Shown here piece after piece: positions 1-10,402 of a stretch of 64,000 bases of DNA. The notes under the pieces were generated by a model. The model was not told the origin of the DNA. It worked only from the letters and a program-made list of their open reading frames with translations, and did no database searches. Position 1 is the first letter of the stretch; each line of letters starts with the position of its first letter. The DNA lies in assembly GCA_902762785.1 (NCBI GenBank), contig CACWPL010000015.1:3478-67477 (forward strand). Direction: 5' to 3'. A program made the position numbers and the translations under genes. This stretch comes from an uncultured Ruminococcus sp. Lineage in GTDB: Bacteria; Bacillota; Clostridia; Oscillospirales; Ruminococcaceae.

Positions 1-248
1 CACTGCCGAACAGCGAGATCATGATCCACCAGCCGCTGATCTCCGGCGGTCTCGCTGGCCAGTGTACCGACATCAAGATCCATTCCGATCACCTCGTCCG
101 CACGCGTCAGCGCATGAACGAGATGCTCGCGAAGCACACCGGCCAGCCGCTCGAGGTCATCGAGCGCGACACCGAGCGTGACAACTATATGACCGCCGAT
201 GAGGCCAAGGCATACGGCCTGGTCGATCAGGTGATCGCAAAGAGGTAA
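1..248 (+). CDS. clpP: ATP-dependent Clp protease proteolytic subunit ClpP, C-terminal fragment (5' end outside window)
   Basis: Translation ...[20 protein letters not shown]...[24 protein letters not shown] is the conserved ClpP C-terminus; TAA at 246-248; clpX follows immediately. Confidence 0.9.
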   Translation, partial: LPNSEIMIHQPLISGGLAGQCTDIKIHSDHLVRTRQRMNEMLAKHTGQPLEVIERDTERDNYMTADEAKAYGLVDQVIAKR

Positions 249-255
249 CGTCGAT

Positions 256-1527
<1,272 letters not shown>

Positions 1528-1549
1528 CGTGCCCCGCATCTGAGAGAAG

Positions 1550-1580
1550 AGCCACACAGCTTCGTGTGGCTTTTCGTTTC
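1550..1580 (+). terminator. Rho-independent terminator after clpX
   Basis: AGCCACAC-agcttc-GTGTGGCT stem followed by TTTCGTTTC. Confidence 0.8.
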
Positions 1581-1628
1581 TATCAGGGCATTCTATGGGA
1601 CATTCGGGCGGCGACCGAAAATTACCGC

Positions 1629-1657
1629 TTGCATCCTGTCGGGATATGTGGTATAAT
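1629..1657 (+). promoter_or_regulatory. sigma-A type promoter for lon
   Basis: TTGCAT (1629-1634), 17-nt spacer, TGg-TATAAT (1652-1657, extended -10). Confidence 0.7.
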
Positions 1658-1725
1658 GGAGTAGATGATGGAAGGTAAATGACAGGATGGCCGGTCCGCC
1701 GCGCCACCAGAACGGGAGGTATATT

Positions 1726-4140
1726 ATGCCGGATAGCAGAAAAAAGACCGAGATGCTGCCGACCGTACCGCTGCGCGGTACCGTTGCGTTCCCGCACATG
1801 ATCATGCATTTCGACGTGGCAAGGGAAATGTCCGTCCAGGCTGTCGAGCAGGCGCTCGGGAACGACCGCCGTCTCTTCCTCGTGGCACAGCGCGATGTGT
1901 TCGAGGAGGAGCCGTCCGAGAAGGACCTCTACCAGATCGGTGTGGTCGCCGAGATCAAGCAGACCCTCCGCGGGCAGGACGAGACCGTCCGCGTCCTCGT
2001 CGAGGGACTGTACCGCGCCTTCGTCCGCAGCATCGAGACGGTGGACGGTGTCATGGTGAGCCAGGTCAAGCGCCTCAACGAGCCGGAGCCCGATCCTGCG
2101 GATTCCATCGACATCGAGGCCATGGTGCGCGCTGTCAAGGGCGTGTACGAGCGCTATGCCAAGCTGTTCCCGCGGATGCCCAAGGAGAATCTGATCTCCG
2201 TGATGTGCCAGGACGACCCGGTGCGTCTCTATGAGCAGATCGCGTTCAACACGATGTTCGACCATCACGACAAGCAGGAGCTCCTCGAGGAGAACTCCGT
2301 ATACGACCGTCTCCAGCACCTTTATGCGATCCTGACGCATGAGACGATGGTGCTCGAGATGGAGAAGGAGATCCACGACCTCACCCAGGAGAGCATCGAC
2401 CAGGGGCAGCGTGAATACTTCCTCCGCGAGCAGATGCGCATCATCGGCAACCAGCTCAAGGAGGAGACCGGCGAGGCGCCCGACGAGGACATCGAGTCCT
2501 ATATGGACCGCATCGACGCCCTCCCCGCGCCGGAGCAGGTCAAGGAGAAGCTGATGAAGGAGGCGTCCCGTCTCCGTCAGATGCCGCCTGCCTCGCAGGA
2601 GGCCTATGTCGTGACCAGCTACCTCGACACCGTGCTCGACCTCCCGTGGGAGGACCCGGAGCCGGAGAAGCTCGACCTCGAGAGCGTCGCCGAGGTGCTC
2701 GATGCGGACCACTACGGCCTCCAGAAGGTCAAGGAGCGCATCCTCGAGACGCTGGCCGTCCGCGTCCTCAACCCCGACCTGCGCGGACAGATCCTCTGCC
2801 TCGTGGGACCGCCCGGTATCGGCAAGAGCTCCGTGGCCAAGTCGGTCGCCGGGGCGATCGGACGCAGGTTCGCGCGCGTGTCGCTCGGCGGCGTGCGCGA
2901 CGAGGCCGACATCCGCGGTCACAGAAAGACCTACATCGGTGCCATGCCCGGCCGCATCATCGCGGCGCTCCAGGAGGCCGGCACCCGCGACCCGCTCATC
3001 CTACTTGACGAGCTCGACAAGATGGGCTACGACTACAAGGGCGACCCCTCCGCCGCCATGCTCGAGGTGCTCGATACCGAGCAGAACCACGCGTTCCGCG
3101 ACCACTACCTCGAGGTGCCCTTCGACCTGAGCAAGGTCATGTTCATCGCGACGGCGAACACGCTCGAGAACATCCCCGCGCCGCTGCGTGACCGTATGGA
3201 CATCCTCGAGCTGCCCAGCTACACGCGCGAGGAGAAGTTCCAGATCGCCGTGCGGCATCTGGTGGCCAAGCAGCGCGAGCAGCACGGCCTCACGCCCACG
3301 ATGATCCGCTTCGCCGATGAGGCCATCTACGAGATGATCGACGGCTACACCAAGGAGGCCGGCGTCCGCAATCTCGAGCGCACCATCGCGACCGTGTGCC
3401 GCAAGGTCGCCAAGACCATCGCGACCGGCGAGCGCAAGCGCGTGACCGTCAAGAAGAAGGACCTCAAGGGCTACCTCGGCATCCCGCGCTTCCTGCCGGA
3501 TGCCCAGAGCCGCAAGGACCAGGTCGGCGTCGTCAACGGCCTCGCCTGGACGTCGGTCGGCGGCGTGCTGATGCCGCTCGAGGCCGTCGTCATGGAGGGG
3601 AACGGCAAGGTGCTGGTGACGGGAAGCCTTGGCCAGGTGATGCAGGAGAGCGCCCAGCTCGCCGTCACCTACGCGCGCCTCGTGGCCGACCGCTACAAGA
3701 TCGACCCGGCGTTCCTGACCCGTTGTGACATCCATATCCACGCCCCGGAGGGCGCCGTCCCGAAGGACGGCCCGTCGGCCGGCGTGTCCCTCACGACCGC
3801 GCTGATCTCAGCGCTCTCGGGCATCCCCGTCCGCGCGGACGTGGCCATGACCGGCGAGGTCACGCTCCACGGCAAGGTCATGCCGATCGGCGGACTGCGT
3901 GAGAAGTCCATGGCCGCCTTCAAGGCCGGCATCAAGACGGTCATCATCCCGGAGGAGAACCGCGCCGACCTCGAGGAGGTCGATCCGGTGGTCAAGGAGA
4001 ACGTGACCTTCGTCCCGGTGACGGATCTGCGTCAGGTGCTCGACACGGCGCTCGCCGCCGACAAGCCCGTGCGCACGCCCGCCAACACCAAGCCGCGCAA
4101 GAAGGCTGCCGACCCGGCCAAGCCTGCGGCACGCGCGTGA
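1726..4140 (+). CDS. lon: Lon protease (LonA)
   Basis: LON N-domain, Walker A GPPGIGKSS, protease motif PKDGPSAG; start placed at ATG 1726 behind GGGAGG (track ORF begins 1687). Confidence 0.96.
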   Translation: MPDSRKKTEMLPTVPLRGTVAFPHMIMHFDVAREMSVQAVEQALGNDRRLFLVAQRDVFEEEPSEKDLYQIGVVAEIKQTLRGQDETVRVLVEGLYRAFVRSIETVDGVMVSQVKRLNEPEPDPADSIDIEAMVRAVKGVYERYAKLFPRMPKENLISVMCQDDPVRLYEQIAFNTMFDHHDKQELLEENSVYDRLQHLYAILTHETMVLEMEKEIHDLTQESIDQGQREYFLREQMRIIGNQLKEETGEAPDEDIESYMDRIDALPAPEQVKEKLMKEASRLRQMPPASQEAYVVTSYLDTVLDLPWEDPEPEKLDLESVAEVLDADHYGLQKVKERILETLAVRVLNPDLRGQILCLVGPPGIGKSSVAKSVAGAIGRRFARVSLGGVRDEADIRGHRKTYIGAMPGRIIAALQEAGTRDPLILLDELDKMGYDYKGDPSAAMLEVLDTEQNHAFRDHYLEVPFDLSKVMFIATANTLENIPAPLRDRMDILELPSYTREEKFQIAVRHLVAKQREQHGLTPTMIRFADEAIYEMIDGYTKEAGVRNLERTIATVCRKVAKTIATGERKRVTVKKKDLKGYLGIPRFLPDAQSRKDQVGVVNGLAWTSVGGVLMPLEAVVMEGNGKVLVTGSLGQVMQESAQLAVTYARLVADRYKIDPAFLTRCDIHIHAPEGAVPKDGPSAGVSLTTALISALSGIPVRADVAMTGEVTLHGKVMPIGGLREKSMAAFKAGIKTVIIPEENRADLEEVDPVVKENVTFVPVTDLRQVLDTALAADKPVRTPANTKPRKKAADPAKPAARA

Positions 4141-4150
4141 GGAGGCCGTC

Positions 4151-4798
4151 ATGCAGCTCCAGGACGCGTCGTTCGGCGCGGCATGCGGCAAGCTCTCGCA
4201 GCTCCCGAAGCCGGAGCGCATCGAGTTCGCCTTCATCGGACGGTCGAACGTGGGCAAGTCCACGCTCATCAACAAGCTGACCGGGCGCCGTTCGCTCGCG
4301 CGCGTCAGCGCCGTCCCGGGCAAGACCGCGACCATCAATTTCTATGACGTCGGTGACGCGTGGCTCGTGGATCTCCCGGGCTACGGCTACGCGAAGACGT
4401 CCAAGAGCGAGCAGCAGCGCCTCGCACGGCTCATCACGGGCTATCTGGCTGCCGACCGCGACATCCGTCTGGTCGTCCAGCTCATCGACATGCGCCACGC
4501 GCCCTCCAAGGACGACATCGCCATGATCGAGCGCCTGATCGACGAGGAGCTGCCGTTCATCATCGTGTTCACGAAGGCCGACAAGCTCGGCAAGCAGGAG
4601 CGCGAGCAGCGGATGGTAGCCTTCGCCGAGGAGATCCCGTGCTTCGAGGACATCCACTGCATCCCGTTCTCCGCCAAGACCGGCGAGGGCCGCGACGCGC
4701 TCGTCGACGTCCTGGAGGAGCTGGCAGAGGATGATGAGGACGATGAAGATGCGGACGACGAGGACGACACTGCCCCGTCCGATCCCGCAGAAGACTGA
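4151..4798 (+). CDS. engB: Ribosome-biogenesis GTPase EngB/YsxC with poly-acidic C-terminal tail
   Basis: G1 motif GRSNVGKST, DLPGYGY, TKADK; GGAGG RBS; lon-engB linkage typical of Firmicutes; tail EDDEDDEDADDEDD. Confidence 0.92.
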   Translation: MQLQDASFGAACGKLSQLPKPERIEFAFIGRSNVGKSTLINKLTGRRSLARVSAVPGKTATINFYDVGDAWLVDLPGYGYAKTSKSEQQRLARLITGYLAADRDIRLVVQLIDMRHAPSKDDIAMIERLIDEELPFIIVFTKADKLGKQEREQRMVAFAEEIPCFEDIHCIPFSAKTGEGRDALVDVLEELAEDDEDDEDADDEDDTAPSDPAED

Positions 4799-4799
4799 C

Positions 4800-4836
4800 G
4801 ATGCGCCCCCTGTACGATGGGTACAGGGGGCGCATC
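4800..4836 (+). terminator. Strong hairpin after engB (terminator-like, no U-tract)
   Basis: Perfect 16-bp stem GATGCGCCCCCTGTAC/GTACAGGGGGCGCATC with 5-nt loop; followed by CTTCTCC. Confidence 0.6.
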
Positions 4837-4903
4837 CTTCTCCGTCGGTCTCGTCCTTCCGACATCATTTTCTGATTTTCCAAAAAAAGATAGAAAAAAC
4901 CTC

Positions 4904-4932
4904 TTTACTTTTGCACGATAATGTGGTAAAAT
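4904..4932 (+). promoter_or_regulatory. Promoter upstream of yerC-like gene
   Basis: TTTACT, 17-nt spacer, TGg-TAAAAT extended -10 in an AT-rich intergenic block. Confidence 0.55.
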
Positions 4933-5005
4933 ATAAATAACGCAAGCATATGCCCGACCGCGTCCGGCCAGCGGACGCAGAATACTGCATCTGGAAGGAG
5001 TAGCC

Positions 5006-5347
5006 ATGAAACGAGGAAGATCCAAACCGACCGCCATCGACGAGCTCTATGAGGCGATCCTGTGCCTAGAGACCAAGGAGGAGTGCGCCGCGTTCTTTGA
5101 CGACATCTGCACGGTGCTCGAGCTCCAGACCATCTCGCAGCGTCTCCAGGTGGCCAAGATGCTCCGGGAGCATCATGTCTATGCCGACATCGTCTCCGCC
5201 ACCAGCGCGAGCACTGCGACCATCAGCCGCGTCAACCGCTCCCTCGGCACGGGGTACGAGATCGTGTTCGAGCGCATGAAGCAGCGCGGTACCTATGTCC
5301 CCGGCATCGCGGCCAACAGCGGCGAGGAGGACAATGACAACAAGTGA
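5006..5347 (+). CDS. TrpR-like YerC/YecD family DNA-binding protein
   Basis: 113 aa; ...LYEAILCLETKEECAAFFDDICTVLELQTISQRLQVAKML...ATISRVNRSL is the YerC/YecD signature. Confidence 0.85.
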   Translation: MKRGRSKPTAIDELYEAILCLETKEECAAFFDDICTVLELQTISQRLQVAKMLREHHVYADIVSATSASTATISRVNRSLGTGYEIVFERMKQRGTYVPGIAANSGEEDNDNK

Positions 5348-5480
5348 AGCCCCACATGTTGTCAAAGTCGCAGATTTGCCTGTTCCATGTGGTTTTTCGG
5401 CTTTTTTTCTAGGATATTATCTAAAAATGGCTGTATATGTGCCCTAAAAACTGTAGGAACGCCAGTTTTTCCGAAAAACC

Positions 5481-5509
5481 TTGACAAATCGCGACAAATC
5501 GTATATAAT
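5481..5509 (+). promoter_or_regulatory. Consensus sigma-A promoter for hup
   Basis: Exact TTGACA (5481-5486), 17 nt, exact TATAAT (5504-5509). Confidence 0.85.
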
Positions 5510-5546
5510 ACAAGTATATTAAAACTGGATTGGAGGATGTACCGAT

Positions 5547-5822
5547 ATGAAGAAGGCAGAATTGATTCAGGCTGTAGCAGAGAAGACCGGCAAGTCCAAG
5601 AAGGACGCTGGTGTTTTTGTTGACGCGATCTTCGAGAGCATCAAGGATGCACTCGTAGCTGGCGATAAGGTCACCCTGACCGGCTTCGGCGTGTTCGAGG
5701 TACGCGAGCGCGCTGCCAAGCAGTGCAAGAACCCCCGCACCCATCAGATGCAGGACGTTCCGGCTTGCAAGGCTCCGGCTTTCAAGGCTGGCAAGAACCT
5801 CAAGGAGGCCGTCAACAAGTAA
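5547..5822 (+). CDS. hup: Nucleoid protein HU
   Basis: 91 aa; MKKAELIQAVAEKTG...GFGVFEVRERAAKQCKNPRT...AFKAGKNLKEAVN; codons shifted to gct/ggt/gta/gtt (high-expression style). Confidence 0.97.
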   Translation: MKKAELIQAVAEKTGKSKKDAGVFVDAIFESIKDALVAGDKVTLTGFGVFEVRERAAKQCKNPRTHQMQDVPACKAPAFKAGKNLKEAVNK

Positions 5823-5850
5823 GTGCTCCCGCACATACAGACTGACACGA

Positions 5851-5890
5851 ACACCCTTTGCACCGCATGGCGCAAAGGGTGTGCCTTTTT
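5851..5890. terminator. Bidirectional terminator between hup and pflA
   Basis: ACACCCTTTGC...GCAAAGGGTGT stem followed by GCCTTTTT; lies between convergent genes. Confidence 0.8.
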
Positions 5891-5900
5891 CTATACGATA

Positions 5901-6650
5901 CTATTTCCCGTGACGCTCACGCAGTCCCTGCTTGAGGCCGCGCAGGATGACGGCGCGCGCCGCGCCTGCGGCCTCGGGGGTGACGGCTGGCGTATCGCCG
6001 AGGGGATAGGGGATGCCGAGCGCCTCGTACTTGCGGCGCCCCATGGTGTGATAGGGGAGGACGTCGAGCGCCTTGAGGTTCGGGAAGGCCGCGAGCCGGC
6101 GCCCGAGCGCGAGCTGCTCGTCCTCTCCGTCCGTCCACCCGGGGACGATGACGTGCCGTATCCAGAGCGGGACACCGAGGGCGGCCGTGCGTTCGGCAAA
6201 GGCGAGGACGGCCTCGTTGCTGTGGCCGGTGAGCGCGCGATGGCGTTCGGGGTCGATGTGCTTGATGTCGAGCATCACGAGGTCGGTGACGCGCAGGAGC
6301 GTGTCGAAGGCCTCCTGCTGCGCCGCGGTGTAGACGATGCCGGAGGTGTCCAGGCAGGTGTGGACCCCGGCGGCGTGCGCCTTCGTGAAGAGGGACGTGA
6401 GGAAGGGGAGCTGCGCCATCGGCTCGCCGCCGGTGGCTGTGATGCCGCCGGAGCGGTAGAAGGGACGGTTCCGCTCGAACTGCGCGAGCAGCGCGTCCTC
6501 CGTGACGGCAGTGCCGCCGTGAAAGTCCCAGGTGTCAGGATTGTGGCAATACAGGCAGCGCATGGGACATCCCTGGAAGAAGATGACGAACCGCACGCCC
6601 GGCCCGTCCACCGTGCCGAAGGACTCCGTGGAATGGATGTATCCGGTCAT
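5901..6650 (-). CDS. pflA: Pyruvate formate-lyase activating enzyme (radical SAM)
   Basis: 249 aa; IHSTESFGTVDGPGVRFVIFFQGCPMRCLYCHNPDTW (CxxxCxxC cluster motif). Confidence 0.96.
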   Translation of the reverse strand: MTGYIHSTESFGTVDGPGVRFVIFFQGCPMRCLYCHNPDTWDFHGGTAVTEDALLAQFERNRPFYRSGGITATGGEPMAQLPFLTSLFTKAHAAGVHTCLDTSGIVYTAAQQEAFDTLLRVTDLVMLDIKHIDPERHRALTGHSNEAVLAFAERTAALGVPLWIRHVIVPGWTDGEDEQLALGRRLAAFPNLKALDVLPYHTMGRRKYEALGIPYPLGDTPAVTPEAAGAARAVILRGLKQGLRERHGK

Positions 6651-6667
6651 AATGCCTCCTTGCGAGG

Positions 6668-6697
6668 ATGCCCCGTCAGCGTGGACTGACGGGGCAT
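6668..6697 (-). promoter_or_regulatory. Intercistronic stem-loop between the glycyl-radical module ORF and pflA
   Basis: Perfect 12-bp stem ATGCCCCGTCAG/CTGACGGGGCAT with 6-nt loop; on the sense strand it is followed by cctcgcAAGGAGGcattATG of pflA. Confidence 0.6.
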
Positions 6698-6703
6698 TTT
6701 GTA

Positions 6704-6952
6704 TCAGAACTTGTCGTGGAACGTGCGGGAGATGACGTCGTCCTGCTGCTCCTTGGTCAGCTTGATGAAGTTGACCGCATAGCCGGACACGCGAACGGTG
6801 AGCTGCGGGTAATTCTCGGGATGCTTCTGTGCATCCAGCAGCGTTTCGCGCGTGAACACGTTGACGTTCAGATGATGGCCGCCCTTCTGGACATAGCCGT
6901 CCAGGAGCTCTACCAGATTGTCGACCTGCTGCTCATTGTCTACAGTTGCCAT
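6704..6952 (-). CDS. Free-standing glycyl-radical domain protein (GrcA/YfiD-like, equals the PFL C-terminal module)
   Basis: 82 aa; [17 protein letters not shown]...[31 protein letters not shown] contains the RVSGYAV glycyl-radical loop; own GGAGG RBS 7 nt upstream of ATG. Confidence 0.9.
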   Translation of the reverse strand: MATVDNEQQVDNLVELLDGYVQKGGHHLNVNVFTRETLLDAQKHPENYPQLTVRVSGYAVNFIKLTKEQQDDVISRTFHDKF

Positions 6953-6973
6953 AATGGTACCTCCTTATGTGGG

Positions 6974-7183
6974 TCAGTCGTCGTCCTCGGGATCCTCGCC
7001 GCCCAGGTTCGGGACAGCGCAGGGGCCGGGGCCGCTGCATTCAGTGCTGTTGACGGTCTGGACGCGCAGGGCATCACCGGGGGTGAGCCGGATGTGCTGC
7101 GTCCCCTGCTCACACAGGGAATCGAGCATATCGACCAGTGCGTCGAGATCCTGCTCCTGCGGATCAGTCGGCGTCGTCTTCAT
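6974..7183 (-). CDS. 69-aa ORF between pflB and the radical module; decayed radical-domain-like remnant or small hypothetical protein
   Basis: AGGAGG RBS 6 nt upstream; start overlaps the pflB 3' end by 20 nt in another frame; residues [21 protein letters not shown] parallel [21 protein letters not shown] of the next ORF; no catalytic Gly loop. Confidence 0.4.
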   Translation of the reverse strand: MKTTPTDPQEQDLDALVDMLDSLCEQGTQHIRLTPGDALRVQTVNSTECSGPGPCAVPNLGGEDPEDDD

Positions 7184-9290
7184 TGAGCGCCTCCTGGGTC
7201 AGGCGGTCGATGTCGAGGTCGCCCGCGAAGATCTTGGTGTTCTTGCCGAGAGCATCGGGGATGATGGAGAAGGTGTTCGAGATGCCGTCCTGTGCATGGC
7301 GGAACGGGAGCTTCGCCACGGAGGACAGGGACGCCACGGCGCCGTGGCTGTCGCGGCCGTGCATCGGGTTGGCGCCCGGTGCGAGCGGCACGCCCTGCTT
7401 GCGGCCGTCGGGGGTGTTGCCGGTCTTCTTGCCATAGACCACGTTCGAGGTGATGGTCAGGATGGACATGGTCGGCACGCTGTCGCGGTAGGTGTGGTGC
7501 TTGCGGATCTTGTCCATGAAGGTGCGGACGATGTTCACCGCGATCTGGTCGACACGGTCGTCGTCATTGCCGTACTTCGGGAAATCGCCCTCGATCTCGT
7601 AATCGACCACGACGTTCTTGGCGACGCCGGTGACATTGCCGGCACGGTCGCGGATCTCGATGTCCTGGCGGATGGGCTTGACCTTGGCGTACTTGATCGC
7701 GGAGAGCGAGTCGGCCACGACCGAGAGGCCGGCGATGCCGGTGGCGAAATAGCGCTTGACATCGCGGTCGTGCAGCGCCATCTGCACGCGCTCGTAGCTG
7801 TACTTGTCGTGCATGTAGTGGATGACGTTCAGGGTGTTGACGTAGAGGCCGGCGAGCCATTCCATCATGTCGTCGTACTTCTCCATGACGTCGTCATAGT
7901 CGAGATACTCGCCCTCGACCGGACGGTACTTCGGCCCGACCTGTACGCCCAGACGCTCGTCGACACCGCCGTTGATGGCGTAGAGCAGGCACTTGGCGAG
8001 GTTCGCGCGTGCGCCGAAGAACTGCATCTCCTTGCCGACGCGCATCGAGGACACACAGCACGCGATCGCGTAGTCATCGCCGTGGGTCACGCGCATGAGG
8101 TCGTCGTTTTCGTACTGGATCGAGCTGGACTTGATGGACATCCTCGCGCAGAAGCGCTTGAAATTGCGCGGCAGCCGGGTCGACCAGAGAATCGTCATGT
8201 TCGGCTCCGGCGCAGTGCCGAGGTCGTTGAGGGTGTTGAGGTAGCGGAAGGAGTTCTTGGTGACCATGTGCTGGCCGTCCACGGAGACGCCGCCGATGGA
8301 CTCGGTGACCCAGGTCGGATCGCCGGAGAACAAGGAATTGTACTCAGGCGTGCGGGCGAAGCGGACGAGACGCAGCTTCATGATGAAGTGGTCGATCAGC
8401 TCCTGCGCCTCACGCTCGGTGAGGATGCCGCGGTCGAGGTCACGCTGGATATAGATGTCGAGGAAGGACGACGTGCGGCCGAGGGACATGGCAGCGCCGT
8501 TCTGCTCCTTGACAGCGGCCAGATAGCCGAAATACAGCCACTGAACGGCCTCCTGCGCGTTCTTGGCAGGACGGGAGATGTCGAAGCCGTAGATCTCGCC
8601 GAGCTTCTTGAGGTCGCGCAGGGCGTTGATCTGCTCGGAGAGCTCCTCGCGCAGACGGATGTTCTTGGACGTCATGCGGACGAAGTGCGTGGCCTTCTGG
8701 TGCTCCTTGTCCTCGATCAGCATGTCGATGCCGTAGAGGGCGACGCGGCGATAGTCGCCGATGATGCGGCCGCGGCCGTAGGCATCGGGCAGGCCGGTAA
8801 GGATGGCGGCATGGCGCGCGAGCTTCATCTCGGGCGTGTAGGCATCGAAAACGGCCTGGTTATGGGTCTTGCGGTACTTCGTGAAGATCTCCACGACCTT
8901 AGGGTCGACCTCGTAGCCGTACTCACGGCAGGCCTGCTGCGCCATACGGATGCCGCCGAAGGGCTGCAGGCTGCGCTTGAAGGGCTTGTCCGTCTGGAGG
9001 CCGACGATCTTCTCGAGATCCTTGTTGAGATAGCCGGGGCCATGGGAGGTGATGGTGGAGATGATGGAGGTGTCCATATCGAGGACTCCGCCGGCCTCCC
9101 GCTCTTGCCGGGAGAGCTCCATGACCTGCTCCCAGAGCTTGGTGGTGGCTTCGGTGGGGCCTTCGAGGAAGCTCTCATCGCCGTCGTAGGGGGTGATGTT
9201 CTTTTGGATGAAATCGCGGACATTGACAGAGGTATTGCTCCATCTGCCGGGCGTGAAGCCCTCCCATTCCGGTGCAAATGATGTAAACAT
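7164..9290 (-). CDS. pflB: Formate C-acetyltransferase (pyruvate formate-lyase) large part, lacking the glycyl-radical C-terminal domain
   Basis: 708 aa; colinear with PFL ([16 protein letters not shown], active-site [37 protein letters not shown]), then a 25-aa acidic tail and TGA; no RVSGY loop. Confidence 0.93.
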   Translation of the reverse strand: MFTSFAPEWEGFTPGRWSNTSVNVRDFIQKNITPYDGDESFLEGPTEATTKLWEQVMELSRQEREAGGVLDMDTSIISTITSHGPGYLNKDLEKIVGLQTDKPFKRSLQPFGGIRMAQQACREYGYEVDPKVVEIFTKYRKTHNQAVFDAYTPEMKLARHAAILTGLPDAYGRGRIIGDYRRVALYGIDMLIEDKEHQKATHFVRMTSKNIRLREELSEQINALRDLKKLGEIYGFDISRPAKNAQEAVQWLYFGYLAAVKEQNGAAMSLGRTSSFLDIYIQRDLDRGILTEREAQELIDHFIMKLRLVRFARTPEYNSLFSGDPTWVTESIGGVSVDGQHMVTKNSFRYLNTLNDLGTAPEPNMTILWSTRLPRNFKRFCARMSIKSSSIQYENDDLMRVTHGDDYAIACCVSSMRVGKEMQFFGARANLAKCLLYAINGGVDERLGVQVGPKYRPVEGEYLDYDDVMEKYDDMMEWLAGLYVNTLNVIHYMHDKYSYERVQMALHDRDVKRYFATGIAGLSVVADSLSAIKYAKVKPIRQDIEIRDRAGNVTGVAKNVVVDYEIEGDFPKYGNDDDRVDQIAVNIVRTFMDKIRKHHTYRDSVPTMSILTITSNVVYGKKTGNTPDGRKQGVPLAPGANPMHGRDSHGAVASLSSVAKLPFRHAQDGISNTFSIIPDALGKNTKIFAGDLDIDRLTQEALNEDDAD

Positions 9291-9343
9291 AGGGGACCAT
9301 CCTTTCTATCTCACACCGTCATCCGGCGGTGTGCTCTGTACTT

Positions 9344-9372
9344 ATCATACTACTTTTCGGCCACTTTGTCAA
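9344..9372 (-). promoter_or_regulatory. Promoter for the pfl operon
   Basis: Minus-strand TTGACA (9367-9372), 17 nt, TATGAT (9344-9349); leader contains CACACCG...CGGTGTG hairpin. Confidence 0.7.
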
Positions 9373-9617
9373 GTTTTTGACGATGTGAGAGATGGACTTT
9401 CATCTTCTTGGCGATGCTGTTTCGATAGAAAAATAGCGATTTCGAGGAACGTCCGTGCCGCGCGCCGGGAGATCCGTTTGATCGACGAAGTTTCCCAGGC
9501 AAACAAGACGCACACTTTCCTCTCCTTTTATTATACCCCATCTGCGCCCCTGATTCAAGTAGCGGAGGAGAAAAAATTGTGAACGATCGGCGCAGGATCT
9601 CTGACTCCCTGCCGACG

Positions 9618-10373
9618 TCACGCCTGCTCGAGGAACGTGCGCACGGCCTCGATCCAGTTCTCCTCCTCGAAGCACGCGAGCTGCGCGTGGGCATAGCCGG
9701 GGAAGCAGCGGATCTGGGTCTGCGGGACGGCGTCCCTGAGGCGCACGGCGGCCTTGCGGGAGACGGCCTCGTTGCCCTTGGTGCCGTGCAGGAAGAGGAT
9801 CCGGGGGACGTCCTTTAGGGAGGCGAAGTCGAACGGCGCGAAGACGCTCTCGATCATGTTCGTGACGGACTCCTGTGTGAACCGGTCGGCGATCGGGAGG
9901 TAGGCGGGCAGATGACGCTCGGGCAGAAAGTCGCGCTGGGCGGCCGCGAGGGTCTTGGGGTCACGCGCGCGGGACTTCTCGAGGATGACGGCGTAGTTCT
10001 TCTTCATGATGATCTGTAGGAGACGCGGTACGGGCAGGAGGGGCGCCCCGTCGAGGACGAGCGTCCCGACCGTGACGTCCGGCCGTGCGGCGAGGACGGC
10101 GGCGATGCGTCCGCCCATGGACAGGCCGCAGAGGACGTCCACACGGCCGATCTGTTTGTCCCGGAGATAGGCCGCGATCGTCTCAGCCTCGTCCTCGACC
10201 GACCGGAACAGCGACGGCGCGGCTGTATGCCCGTCGAGCGCGGGGACGATCACATGATAGGTCTTGGAAAAGCAGTCGACAGCCTGCGTCCAGATCTGCC
10301 AGGGCGTGAGCATCCCGTGGAGCAGGAGCATGACCGGGGCGGCGGGGTCGCCAAAGGTGTGGAAGTCCATCAT
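9618..10373 (-). CDS. Alpha/beta-fold hydrolase
   Basis: HG oxyanion motif LLLHGM, nucleophile elbow GLSMGG; start placed at ATGATG 10373 behind GTGAGG (track ORF begins 10454). Confidence 0.8.
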   Translation of the reverse strand: MMDFHTFGDPAAPVMLLLHGMLTPWQIWTQAVDCFSKTYHVIVPALDGHTAAPSLFRSVEDEAETIAAYLRDKQIGRVDVLCGLSMGGRIAAVLAARPDVTVGTLVLDGAPLLPVPRLLQIIMKKNYAVILEKSRARDPKTLAAAQRDFLPERHLPAYLPIADRFTQESVTNMIESVFAPFDFASLKDVPRILFLHGTKGNEAVSRKAAVRLRDAVPQTQIRCFPGYAHAQLACFEEENWIEAVRTFLEQA

Positions 10374-10384
10374 TGCCTCACTTT

Positions 10385-10402
10385 CTGTACCGAACGGTAC
10401 AG
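10385..10402. promoter_or_regulatory. Perfect palindrome in the hydrolase leader / divergent spoIIID control region
   Basis: CTGTACCG-aa-CGGTACAG, flanked by a T/A run; immediately upstream of the hydrolase RBS. Confidence 0.4.

Noticed and set aside
4810-4822. 12-mer CTGTACGATGGG shared between the engB terminator (4810) and the trkH-side terminator flank (24159)
   Set aside because: A single shared 12-mer within 64 kb is expected by chance many times over, and the flanks are not similar.
9575-9590. TTGTGAA half-site, considered as a Rex or FNR-type box for pfl regulation
   Set aside because: Only one half-site is present, with no matching TTCACAA partner. It also lies about 200 bp upstream of the mapped -35 element, at the end of the hydrolase gene.
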